IMG/VR virus record: IMGVR_UViG_3300021255_002694
Strand: one strand, 5' to 3'
Source of the DNA: a virus
Lineage: Duplodnaviria > Caudoviricetes
Length of the DNA: 64,000 nt
The position numbers and the translations under genes were made by a program. Position 1 is the stretch's first letter; every line of letters starts with the position of its first letter. A model generated the notes under the pieces. That model did not search any database and was not told where the DNA came from. It saw only the letters and a list, made by a program, of their open reading frames with translations. Positions 29,498 through 38,918 of the stretch are shown here, one piece after another.

Positions 29498-30612
29498 CAA
29501 TGTTTAGATTTCCAAATCTGGAAAATAGTTTTGATAGTCAGCTTGACTTTATGTGTGATTGTGCGAATCGAGATGTGAATATATCAATTCTATCTGAGAT
29601 TTTGTCTGCAAAGACAGGAAATGATTATAGTTTTCTTTCAGAGAATGAACACCTTGGAGACATGATTTGTTTGATCGGTCTTGGTGGTTCTCATGCATAT
29701 GGAACTAATGTACCTGAATCTGATCTTGATATTAGAGGTATTGCTGTAAATCATCCGTATGATCTGCTTACAAATAATAATTTTGAACAAGTGTGTGATT
29801 CAACAACAGATACAACAATTTATTCTTTTAATAAGATGATTTCTTTGCTTTCTCAATGCAATCCAAATACGATTGAGATTCTTGGATTGAAACCAGATCA
29901 TTATTTGTATTTAGATGAGATTGGTCAAAAACTGCTTGATAATAAACACCTGTTTGTATCTAAAAAGTGTATCAATACTTTCGGCGGATATGCTTATGCA
30001 CAGCTTCGCAGACTTGATAATAAAGCAGCAAGAACTGTTGAACAGGATCGACAGGAAAGACATATTCTACATAGTATTGAAACAGCATCTACAACATTTC
30101 CTGAAAAGTATTTTTATTATGACGAAGATCAAATTAAATTGTATGTAGACGATTCAGATAGAGAAGACATGGATTCTGAAATCTATATGGATATCTGTCT
30201 AAAACATTACCCTCTACGCGATTGGAAAGGCATGTGGTCTGAGATGCATAATATTGTCAAAGATTATGCAAAACTTGGGCATCGGAATAAAAATGCGATT
30301 GCAAGAGGCAAACTTAGCAAACATATGATGCATCTAATACGCCTTTATGCAATGTGTATTGATATGCTTGAAACAGGAGAAATTATAACATTCCGCGAAA
30401 AAGATCATGATTTACTTATGAGCATTAGAAACGGAAAGTATCTTGATGAAAATGATCAGCCGACAAAAGAATTTGAAGAACTTGTAACAGAGTATCAGCA
30501 TAAAATGGACGAAGCTGCTGAAAATACAAAACTACCAGATAAACCTGATTACAAAGCTATTGCAAGACTTCAATATGATATCAACAAAGAAATTGTTGAA
30601 AAGTACGGATGA
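29494..30612 (+). CDS. predicted nucleotidyltransferase (Pol-beta superfamily, phage Nuc-transf type)
   Basis: GGSHAYGTNVPESDLDIRG, NPNTIEIL, FGGYAYAQL, KHMMHLIRL, LMSIRNG. Confidence 0.85.
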   Translation: MTMFRFPNLENSFDSQLDFMCDCANRDVNISILSEILSAKTGNDYSFLSENEHLGDMICLIGLGGSHAYGTNVPESDLDIRGIAVNHPYDLLTNNNFEQVCDSTTDTTIYSFNKMISLLSQCNPNTIEILGLKPDHYLYLDEIGQKLLDNKHLFVSKKCINTFGGYAYAQLRRLDNKAARTVEQDRQERHILHSIETASTTFPEKYFYYDEDQIKLYVDDSDREDMDSEIYMDICLKHYPLRDWKGMWSEMHNIVKDYAKLGHRNKNAIARGKLSKHMMHLIRLYAMCIDMLETGEIITFREKDHDLLMSIRNGKYLDENDQPTKEFEELVTEYQHKMDEAAENTKLPDKPDYKAIARLQYDINKEIVEKYG

Positions 30613-30630
30613 CATGAGAGGTATTGAAAA

Positions 30631-31686
30631 ATGGATTGCAGTTGGATTGTTCCTGATAAAATAACTATTGTTGAATCACATAACAATAGATTATACATAG
30701 ATGATGAATCAAGTATTCCTAAAGCATATGTTGTTTTTGGTGACAATAAAAAATCACTTGAAAATGCTCATTGGTGGGCTGGTGATGATGCAGTAGATCG
30801 AGAAATATCTGGCGATACAGAATTTACATTTGAGATTTTAGAGTGTGCAGGACATAGTTCGCAAGGCGGAAAACTCTCTTTCTGGAACTGCCGAATCAAA
30901 AATACAGAAGAAAACATTGATGTTTCTATAGGCGTAAACTCTGAAATACTTTGTATGCTTCTAAAGGAAACGACATTTATAGATGGTTTTTGTCGAGGAA
31001 ATGTAATACTTGCGAAATATAACGGTCAGCTTGGCGTTGTTTGTAAGGGAACTGAATCCTATAATGATGCTATTCAATCACAGAGAAACAAAAATGATCT
31101 TAAAATTGGAAAGACAACAAAGTGGGAAAAAGGTTTTGCATACAGAACACAAAATACATCTGATGTGTGGATAGGGGATGCCTATAAACCACTTATAATT
31201 AGTTCAGATTATTTTACTAAAATAACATATGATCTAAGAAATATAGGTAATAAATTTCATGTTATAATGGAATCATCTTGTATAAGCAGTAATCAAGATG
31301 AGGTAGATGTGGATAATTGGGTTTGGCAATGTCGCACAAAGTTTGTAAAATCTTTTCCATCAAGGCAAAAAGATGATACTATTCATTTTTCAGAACCGCA
31401 AACCGATAAACTACTTTGTGACGGTATTAAGTCTGGTGTAGAAAAAGCCCTTCATGACGGTTACTCCGAGTATATTGTGGACTGTTTAATCTCTATTGAC
31501 ATGAAAATAACAGATGAAATGATGTCAAATTTTCATAAAGCATTCAATAAGATGTTAGAGCGATACAATGAACTTTATTTCCGTAAACACATTGTAATCT
31601 GCAATGATGGTGAACATGTTTTTTCTGATCCTAATAGTGCCTATGATTTTATTGAGCAGACACTTAATGAATTTAGAAAAATTTGA
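30631..31686 (+). CDS. hypothetical phage protein
   Basis: 351-aa ORF, GAGAGG RBS. Confidence 0.75.
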   Translation: MDCSWIVPDKITIVESHNNRLYIDDESSIPKAYVVFGDNKKSLENAHWWAGDDAVDREISGDTEFTFEILECAGHSSQGGKLSFWNCRIKNTEENIDVSIGVNSEILCMLLKETTFIDGFCRGNVILAKYNGQLGVVCKGTESYNDAIQSQRNKNDLKIGKTTKWEKGFAYRTQNTSDVWIGDAYKPLIISSDYFTKITYDLRNIGNKFHVIMESSCISSNQDEVDVDNWVWQCRTKFVKSFPSRQKDDTIHFSEPQTDKLLCDGIKSGVEKALHDGYSEYIVDCLISIDMKITDEMMSNFHKAFNKMLERYNELYFRKHIVICNDGEHVFSDPNSAYDFIEQTLNEFRKI

Positions 31687-31709
31687 ATAACTTGTGATGA
31701 TGTGATAAT

Positions 31710-31889
31710 ATGACAAATGCAGATAGAATAAGATCAATGGATAGTGAGCAACTTGCTGATTTTCTTAAAAATTATCACATGGAAGATATTTGCGTTCTAT
31801 TTTGTGATAAAGCAGATGATTGTACTAACTATAGTGATTCATGTGTAGATGTTGTACTTTCGTGGCTTGAATCCGAATATAAAGGCTAA
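31710..31889 (+). CDS. small phage protein (MTNADRIRSM..EQLADFL type), not in the ORF track
   Basis: 59-aa ORF read manually; ends CVDVVLSWLESEYKG*. Confidence 0.7.
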   Translation: MTNADRIRSMDSEQLADFLKNYHMEDICVLFCDKADDCTNYSDSCVDVVLSWLESEYKG

Positions 31890-31983
31890 TGCTTGAACCG
31901 TAATTAGTGTGATGCGATAAATATAATAACATTATACACAAATAAACAACAAGAATATAGTAAATTTATTTTATCTCATATTC

Positions 31984-32059
31984 AAAAAATAACCAATAAC
32001 TAACAATAAGTCATGTAATGGTTGTTAAGCCTGAACATGACTTATATTTTATGAAAGGA
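31984..32059 (+). promoter_or_regulatory. putative late-gene leader 6
   Basis: A-tract, ATAAGTCATGT / ACATGACTTAT hairpin (32006-32045), TTTT, GAAAGGA. Confidence 0.55.
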
Positions 32060-32069
32060 TTTGATCTAT

Positions 32070-32288
32070 ATGAGAAATAAAATATTAACAGAAAGTGGCG
32101 TCTATGGGCTGTCACTCACATATATTGCAAATAAGTTGAAAGACATTGCAAACGATTTAGACTATAATATTGATTCAGATGAAAATTTTTATTCCGATGA
32201 TTTAAGATCATATGCCGATTTTATTGAAAGATTTGCTGATGTTACAGAGCGGCGCATGGATGAAATTGATAAATATATAAATGGTTGA
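32070..32288 (+). CDS. small acidic protein with MRNKILTES leader
   Basis: LTES motif, behind a hairpin leader. Confidence 0.7.
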   Translation: MRNKILTESGVYGLSLTYIANKLKDIANDLDYNIDSDENFYSDDLRSYADFIERFADVTERRMDEIDKYING

Positions 32289-32300
32289 TGTATATATATA

Positions 32301-32347
32301 ATGCACAAATGTATACTTACTTTTATGTATACATTTGTGCGTTTTTT
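32301..32347 (+). terminator. intrinsic terminator
   Basis: ATGCACAAATGTATAC / GTATACATTTGTGCGT plus a T-run. Confidence 0.82.
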
Positions 32348-32361
32348 ATTCTCAAAAACAC

Positions 32362-32390
32362 TTGACATGTGAAATAAAATGTGGTATACT
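32362..32390 (+). promoter_or_regulatory. early promoter
   Basis: TTGACA-17-TATACT with TGTG extension. Confidence 0.88.
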
Positions 32391-32437
32391 ATATTTGTAA
32401 GTACGAAAATCGTGATTTGAAAGTGAGGTATTATATT

Positions 32438-32950
32438 ATGGCAAGATTTGATGAAATTACACCGTTTACTGTTGGAACTTATGAGGTAGACATTCATGTT
32501 AGATATCTGCTTGATGAGTTAAAAAGTTATGATCAGGACTATATTCTTGAACTTAATCCTGATTTTCAGCGCGGAAATGTTTGGACCGAAGAACAACAGA
32601 TTGCGTACCTTGAATTCTTTTTCAAGGGTGGTAGATCGGCTAGAGTTATTTACTTCAATATCGGTGAGTGGAGTCTTGATCCTAATACGGATATTCCCCA
32701 TATGGTATGTGTTGACGGGTTACAGAGATTAACTGCATTCATCCGTTTTCTCAATAATGAGATTCCTGTTTTCGGGGCGTACTACAGAGAATATGAGGAT
32801 AAGACAAGAGATACAATTAAGTTCAACATCAATAATCTTGCATATAAGAAAGATGTTCTTAAATGGTATCTTGAAATGAACTCTGGCGGAACTGTACACT
32901 CTGATTCTGAACTCAATCGTGTTCGGGAAATGATTAAGGAATATGAGTAA
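32438..32950 (+). CDS. stand-alone DUF262 (ParB-like/GmrS N-terminal) domain protein
   Basis: LNPDFQRGNVW ... VDGLQRLT ... MNSGG. Confidence 0.82.
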   Translation: MARFDEITPFTVGTYEVDIHVRYLLDELKSYDQDYILELNPDFQRGNVWTEEQQIAYLEFFFKGGRSARVIYFNIGEWSLDPNTDIPHMVCVDGLQRLTAFIRFLNNEIPVFGAYYREYEDKTRDTIKFNINNLAYKKDVLKWYLEMNSGGTVHSDSELNRVREMIKEYE

Positions 32951-32965
32951 TGGGGGTTTTGGATC

Positions 32966-33295
32966 ATGAAGAAAGTTTTTGATTTGAAAGATGGATCGGT
33001 TTTGAAGATTGATTATAATTCAGAACGGACTACAATGGGATGTCCTACTTGTGGTTACGGTGCTAAATATATCGACTGGATTATACTAGAACTTACTCAT
33101 TACACAATTAAATATGCAACTGATAACAGCGAAGGAAAATTGTCTGATTTTGACCTCATTCAGCTTTTCGGAGATGTTAGCAATGATATGACTGAGTTTG
33201 AATTTTTGCACCATGTTATTGATCACATGGGTGATTTTGAAGAATTTACAATTTCAATCACTAAGAATGATTTTGATGGAGTAACGCATGACTGA
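32966..33295 (+). CDS. hypothetical protein
   Basis: GCPTCGYG motif. Confidence 0.65.
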   Translation: MKKVFDLKDGSVLKIDYNSERTTMGCPTCGYGAKYIDWIILELTHYTIKYATDNSEGKLSDFDLIQLFGDVSNDMTEFEFLHHVIDHMGDFEEFTISITKNDFDGVTHD

Positions 33296-33315
33296 ATAAT
33301 GCAAAAGGAGATTTT

Positions 33316-34320
33316 ATGAAAGCATATAAAGGTTTCGACAAAGATTTTAAGTGTAGAGATTTTCAGTATGAAGTTGGTCGGCTTTATACCTTTGACGGAA
33401 AAACATCAATCTGTCATGCTGGATTTCATGCTTGTGTTGAACCGATTGATGTTCTAAGATTTTACTGTGATCCTGATTCAAGATATGGAGTTGTAGATGT
33501 TGAGCAAACAGCAGATATTTCTTATCTGGAAACGGAATTTAGAAAAAAGCATTTGAAAAATAATTCTAAAATTGTCGGTGATCGAATTTCAATCGAGAAA
33601 GAGATCACGATTGACGATCTAATTAAGGAACAGATTAAAAGAGTTGCAGAACATAATACAACAAGAGATATCGTTGTTACAGATTGGGCAAATATTGTTG
33701 CATCTGATAATGATATGTACAAATCAGAACCAGCAACATCTATTTCAACAACCAGAAAGAACGCAATTTCATGTTCCGCATCATTAGATAATGCTATTGC
33801 TGTCTCAACAGGAGACAGGTCTATTTCAGCAAGTAATTCTGCATATGCAAAGTCAATTACACTCGGAGATCAATCAATCGCTGCTTCTCCCCGTATGAAT
33901 TCAAGATCAACATGTTTAGGTGATGTGTCTATTGCATCTGCAACGGGAAGCTACTCTTGCTCAAAGACATACGGAGAATATTCTGTTGCTTCATCTGTCG
34001 GTTATCAAGTAAATTCAGCGGCATATGGAGATAAATCGGTTGCTGTTTCTGTTGGTGATGCTCCATATGCTATTGCAGATGGTAAAGATTCTATCGCAGT
34101 TGCATACGGGAATAGAGCATATGCACAAGGTTCACTCGGATCGTACCTTGTGATCGCATATGTAGATAAAGAAACAGGAGAATTTGTTGTAAAGTCGGCA
34201 TTTGTTGACGGAGAGAAAATTAAAGCAGATACAATATATTCTATCCGCAACGGAGAGTTTGTTGAAATGGTTGTTGATGATCGTGGTGTATTGGTGGTAA
34301 AAGATGGAAAAAGTAATTGA
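33316..34320 (+). CDS. conserved phage protein with Ser/Ala/Gly beta-repeat region
   Basis: KAYKGFDKDFKCRDFQYEVG, CHAGFHAC, xGDxSIA repeats, VDGEKIKADTIY. Confidence 0.78.
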   Translation: MKAYKGFDKDFKCRDFQYEVGRLYTFDGKTSICHAGFHACVEPIDVLRFYCDPDSRYGVVDVEQTADISYLETEFRKKHLKNNSKIVGDRISIEKEITIDDLIKEQIKRVAEHNTTRDIVVTDWANIVASDNDMYKSEPATSISTTRKNAISCSASLDNAIAVSTGDRSISASNSAYAKSITLGDQSIAASPRMNSRSTCLGDVSIASATGSYSCSKTYGEYSVASSVGYQVNSAAYGDKSVAVSVGDAPYAIADGKDSIAVAYGNRAYAQGSLGSYLVIAYVDKETGEFVVKSAFVDGEKIKADTIYSIRNGEFVEMVVDDRGVLVVKDGKSN

Positions 34321-35526
34321 ATTGTTAAAAGGCGAGAGAAAAAAGCTAAAAAGTTCAATTAGGTTCTATAAAGAAGAAATTGAACAAGATAAGAAGGGTA
34401 TACAGGAGTTACAAAGCGACTTGTTTATTGAAAAGCATAAGGACGCTTCATGTTGGTCTGATGATTGGACAATTCATGATTATATCAAAGTGAATGTTGA
34501 ATCAAGAAACAGAGCCATTGATGATTTTTCAAAAAGGCTTGAAGAAGCAGAGGAATATCTTTCTCAGATTGAGAAAGCATTGAAGATTTTGAAAGGTGGT
34601 AAATGACATGAGTCTGACAGAAAAGATTGCTTTCTTGGAACGGTTCTATAATAAGTTTGGTGATTTTGTAAGGAACGCTGATCAGTCCGATCCGATTCTA
34701 TATAAGCTGTCTGAACTTAAACAGTCTTACGATGCTTTGAAGTGTTCCGAATATTATTCAAGAGAGCTTGTTCCGCACAATCCATATAATGATATCATGA
34801 GGGATCACATTTTAGAGGTATCATATTGTCTTGCGGATGAGTGGTGTCGTGTTTTCGGACATGATTTATCTGCAAAGGAGTGATATTTGAATGAATTATG
34901 ATCTATCTATAAAACTTCTAAATGAAGAAAAACATAGACTTACTGGTGAACTATCATGGTTAAAAGCAGAGATTAAAAGAGCATCTAATATAGCAAATGA
35001 TTTTGATAATTATGATAAACACTCATTGGATGCTATATATCACAACTACAGAGAACCAAGTGAACCAGCATCTATTGATAAGATTTTAAGTCTTATTGAG
35101 AAGTACGAGAATAGAGTAAATGAACTAGAAACGGAAATTGAAGAACTAGGATCAGCAATAAGCATTCTATCAAAGAAATTGACATGACTATTAAAACTTT
35201 GAATGGTGGTGAGAACGATGTTTGAAGATGTAAAAAGGATACTTACCGAAGGAAAAGATGGATATTTAGATCATAAAAAATATTCAGAAAAAGAGATTAA
35301 AAGAATCACAGAAGTTTTGGATGATTTTGAAAACTATTACAAGTTTTCTATCGAAGCACTTTTTAGTGGATGGAGAGAACCTACAGAAGAAGTAACGGAG
35401 GATGGTCTGCTGTCATGTTTGGAAAGGCATAAGAATTATGTAAAGTCTGATCAGGATAGAATTGACGAAATTGACCTTGCTTTAAGTGTTTTACAAGAAT
35501 ACGAAGCACTTAGACAGAAAGAATAA
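34304..35526 (+). CDS. four small helical ORFs (34304..34606, about 34608..34883, 34891..35187, about 35218..35526)
   Basis: Contiguous + ORFs; three share a coiled-coil pattern ending (E/D)xAL/IxxL. Confidence 0.65.
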
Positions 35527-35545
35527 AAAAAAACAAATAGTCAGT

Positions 35546-35620
35546 AAAAAATAAACAATCGTATACTATATGTGATAGGTTCATCTGTGAGCCGTTTATA
35601 TATTGTTTATGAAAGAAAGG
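35546..35620 (+). promoter_or_regulatory. putative late-gene leader 7
   Basis: AAAAAATAAAC, TACTATA, ATATGTGATAGGTTCA / TGAGCCGTTTATATAT imperfect hairpin, GAAAGG. Confidence 0.55.
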
Positions 35621-35630
35621 TTGATTTAAT

Positions 35631-36152
35631 ATGATTACTCTTAGAAATGAGTCATTTGATGCAGATGATTTTGATTTTGGTTCTCTTAGAAATGCTGATG
35701 AATTGAGAGATGAATTTATCGAAATTCTAAAACAGTTCGACAAAGACCTTAACGAGTACCAGACAGACGTTTATTTGTATGTTGATGAAAACAACAACGG
35801 AGAGTGGTATCTGTTTACAAATGTAGGCGGAAACTCTTGGTTGGACGATGATCACATCACTGTGTATTCAGATAAGCCTCATTATAACGATATTTTTGAT
35901 TATTTTGACGATGAGAGTTATATCGCAGATGTTCTTGGAATGTCTCTATCTGATCTCATTGCAGAGGTATATGCATCTGCTGATCATGATTGGTATGATA
36001 TTGATGATATCGGCTATGGTGAAATCGTTGATTACATTAAATCGAATGATGTTTACTTTGATAAGTTGCAAGATGAGTATAACAGAGTAATTGATGATGA
36101 ACTTAATTCTGAATATGCTGAACAGGCTGATAGCATTCTCTATGGATATTGA
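35631..36152 (+). CDS. highly acidic protein with MITLRNES leader
   Basis: NES motif; D/E-rich body. Confidence 0.75.
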   Translation: MITLRNESFDADDFDFGSLRNADELRDEFIEILKQFDKDLNEYQTDVYLYVDENNNGEWYLFTNVGGNSWLDDDHITVYSDKPHYNDIFDYFDDESYIADVLGMSLSDLIAEVYASADHDWYDIDDIGYGEIVDYIKSNDVYFDKLQDEYNRVIDDELNSEYAEQADSILYGY

Positions 36153-36174
36153 TAAACGCTTGTTAGTGTTGAAC

Positions 36175-36206
36175 AAAAATCCGCGCAATTATTTGTGCGG
36201 ATTTTT
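36175..36206 (+). terminator. intrinsic terminator
   Basis: AAAAATCCGCGCAA / TTGTGCGGATTTTT. Confidence 0.82.
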
Positions 36207-36228
36207 CTTATTTATTTTCAAAAACCTC

Positions 36229-36266
36229 TTGACAAATGAACTATAATATGTTATACTATATTTACA
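36229..36266 (+). promoter_or_regulatory. early promoter
   Basis: TTGACA-17-TATACT-ATATTTACA. Confidence 0.88.
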
Positions 36267-36282
36267 AGGTTAAGGTGATATA

Positions 36283-36850
36283 ATGACAACGAAGCAGAGA
36301 GATTCAGTAAAGAAATTAAAATCAGATGTGTTTGATTTTAGATATGATATGGATAATGGGTATTCAGTTGATGGATTTAACATTGTTGATTCTATAAATG
36401 GACTACGTGTTGAAATTCATCTAACTTCACCAATAGCAACTCATATTATTGATCTTAAAATCTCAAACAGCGGCAAAATCTATTTCCCGTACAGAGATAA
36501 TAATGTTTCAAGATATGAGAAGTATACAAATATGAAAGAAACTGTGAGTAAAATGTTTGGAGGTATTGATTATGAAAATTGTTGCAATGTATGATCTGGA
36601 TGAATTTGCAAAAATTACAGGTATTATCACTATAAGTGTTCAGACAGCTCTTTTCTACCCTGGTTACAATGACGTAATTTATGTGGATGATGAATACATT
36701 GAAAGTTTGCATGAGCGCTATAATAGAGATGCTTCAAGATGCTCTGATATAACAAAAGAAATTTTGAGAGACAGAAAAAATACTCTTGATGAAATCTTAC
36801 TTAAAATGGACTCTGGTGTTATTCCGAGACAGTTTATTCTGAGAGCATGA
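36283..36850 (+). CDS. two small hypothetical ORFs (36283..36594, about 36572..36850)
   Basis: RBS-preceded ORFs behind the early promoter. Confidence 0.6.
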
Positions 36851-36878
36851 TTTGTTTAATTTGAAAGTGTGGTAAATT

Positions 36879-37493
36879 ATGGGTTGGACATCATACAATG
36901 CTAAATATTACACAAGAAAAGGTACAGTAGACAGAAAAAGAGAATGTGATGCATACTGGCTTGAAGGTCTTAATTCAGGTCATTTCAATGTTATTCGATC
37001 TACTATGATAGGTTCTACTTACTATGCGGCTGTTCAGCCGATTCAGAGAAAAATTGGTGAAGATGAATCTGGAAATTCTATTTATGAGGACATTCCGGAT
37101 GATCAGCGTGAAACATTCGGTGTTGTAATGCTGACAAAGACTGACATGAAAGATTATTTCAACTTTTACTACAAAGAAATGACAGAAGATGTTGGACCGT
37201 ATGAATCCAAGTGTCCGAAGTCTATTATTGATATTCTATCTCCAACAGATTCAGAATATGCTCTTGCATGGCGACAGAGATGTATTGACTATGCAAAGAC
37301 AAAATGTGTGAGAAATCTCCCTATCGGAACTGTCATCGAGTTTGAAAAGTATGACGGAACAACTGTACGCCTTATCAAATGCTCTCCGCAGTATCAGTTC
37401 AAAACGGCTTGGTGGAAGTTTGTAAACGAGAGAAAATACTTCCAGAAGAAAGATATTCCGTGGGATAAAGTAAGAATCATTGAAAATATTTAA
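36879..37493 (+). CDS. DUF6927-like conserved mobile-element protein
   Basis: MGWT, GSTYYAAV, FYYKEMTEDVGP...CPKSI...LSPTDSEYALAWRQRC. Confidence 0.65.
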   Translation: MGWTSYNAKYYTRKGTVDRKRECDAYWLEGLNSGHFNVIRSTMIGSTYYAAVQPIQRKIGEDESGNSIYEDIPDDQRETFGVVMLTKTDMKDYFNFYYKEMTEDVGPYESKCPKSIIDILSPTDSEYALAWRQRCIDYAKTKCVRNLPIGTVIEFEKYDGTTVRLIKCSPQYQFKTAWWKFVNERKYFQKKDIPWDKVRIIENI

Positions 37494-37737
37494 TGAGAAA
37501 GGATGTTATACTGTGAACGATTTTCCGAAACCTTATGTAATCGAATCCTTGAAAAAGAGATACCCCGTAGGATGCACAGTTGAACTTGTGCAGATGAATG
37601 ATCGTCATGCTCCGCCTGTAGGAACTCGTGGAAAAGTAATCGCTGTTGATGATATTGGAACAATCCATGTTAAATGGGATAACGGCAGTTCGCTTGGAGT
37701 TGCTTACGGTGAAGATTTCTGTAAGGTAGTTGAATAA
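37480..37737 (+). CDS. DUF4314-family protein
   Basis: YPVG..VELVQMND..APPVGTRG.V..VDDIGTIHVKWDNGSSLG..YGED. Confidence 0.85.
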   Translation: MKIFNEKGCYTVNDFPKPYVIESLKKRYPVGCTVELVQMNDRHAPPVGTRGKVIAVDDIGTIHVKWDNGSSLGVAYGEDFCKVVE

Positions 37738-37761
37738 AGTTTAGAAAGTGAGGTAACTGTT

Positions 37762-38770
37762 ATGACACCTGAAATGAATGGACTTATTTATCTGATTATG
37801 TGGATCATTCTTGTGCTGTGTGATATCTTTCTTGGGAAGTATTATATCAATGACTATTTTGATGCAGATGATGTACAGTATAAGAAAAAGTGCATCAAAA
37901 ATTTGTTTGAGGTCATTGTATCTGTTATCGCCGGAAGCGCATTCTTCGTAATGATGATTCTCAAATCTCTTATGAAAGTAGGGTAATTAAGTATGTTTGA
38001 ATCTTATGAACTCTATACAAAGAACTCTGAGAGGAACAGAGGTAAATATAATTTGCCGATCATTGATAAGGAGTTTATTCTTGCCATTAAAGCGACACGG
38101 GATTTTATTGATGATTATATCAGAGAAATTAACTATCGCGGTTTTGAACTTGATGATCTTCTATACAGCTTGACAAATGAATCCATTGTAGACAGTTCTT
38201 CATATGCTGATCCGGAAAGAGACTTTGCATCTATTCCGGCATCTGATGTTGAAGCTACGCTTATTCTCTGCTCAGATCAAATGACAGATTTTGAAGAACT
38301 GATTGAATGGCTTAATTATAGACTTGTTGACTAATTTTTAACAGATAGGAGTGTGTATAATATGAGAAAAAGAGTTGAACATTCTGCAACTGGAAAAGTT
38401 GTAGATTTGGAATTACACGATAAACTGTGTTCCTATGCAAAAGAGGTTGCAGATAAGGTCTGCAATGAAATTGCACCTGAATATGATATTATTGATATTG
38501 AGGGGCTTTTTAAAAGTGCGCTTGGATATCCATTCGCATATCAACTCATGAAATATTCTGCCAAATGTGATAAGGAGTGAGTTTATGTCTGTATCTATCT
38601 GTATCTGTGGTGCTGTAATTATTTCGTGTTTGATCATTGGAGATGCTTTAGCAGAAAGACTTATTAAAGCAGACTCAGTAGAAAAGAAAATAAAGTACAA
38701 AGATTCTATTTTTGCACTTATATTCATTTGCTTCATGTCTCTTTTAATCATGCTTATGTTCTTTATATAA
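37762..38770 (+). CDS. four small ORFs including two membrane proteins (37762..37986, 37993..38334, 38353..38580, 38567..38770)
   Basis: ORF track; hydrophobic two-TM pattern in the first and last. Confidence 0.6.
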
Positions 38771-38781
38771 TTTAATGTGTG

Positions 38782-38818
38782 TTGCGGAGATTGTGCATAT
38801 TTAACATAATCTCCGCAA
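38782..38818 (+). terminator. stem-loop, probable terminator
   Basis: TTGCGGAGATTGTG / CATAATCTCCGCAA. Confidence 0.6.
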
Positions 38819-38849
38819 TATGTTTGTGCAACATTTATTCGATAAACTA

Positions 38850-38887
38850 TTGACAAATGAAGATAAATATGATATACTATATTTACA
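38850..38887 (+). promoter_or_regulatory. early promoter
   Basis: TTGACA-17-TATACT-ATATTTACA. Confidence 0.88.
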
Positions 38888-38918
38888 AGGACAGAAACCT
38901 GATGGATAAGGAGAAAAT

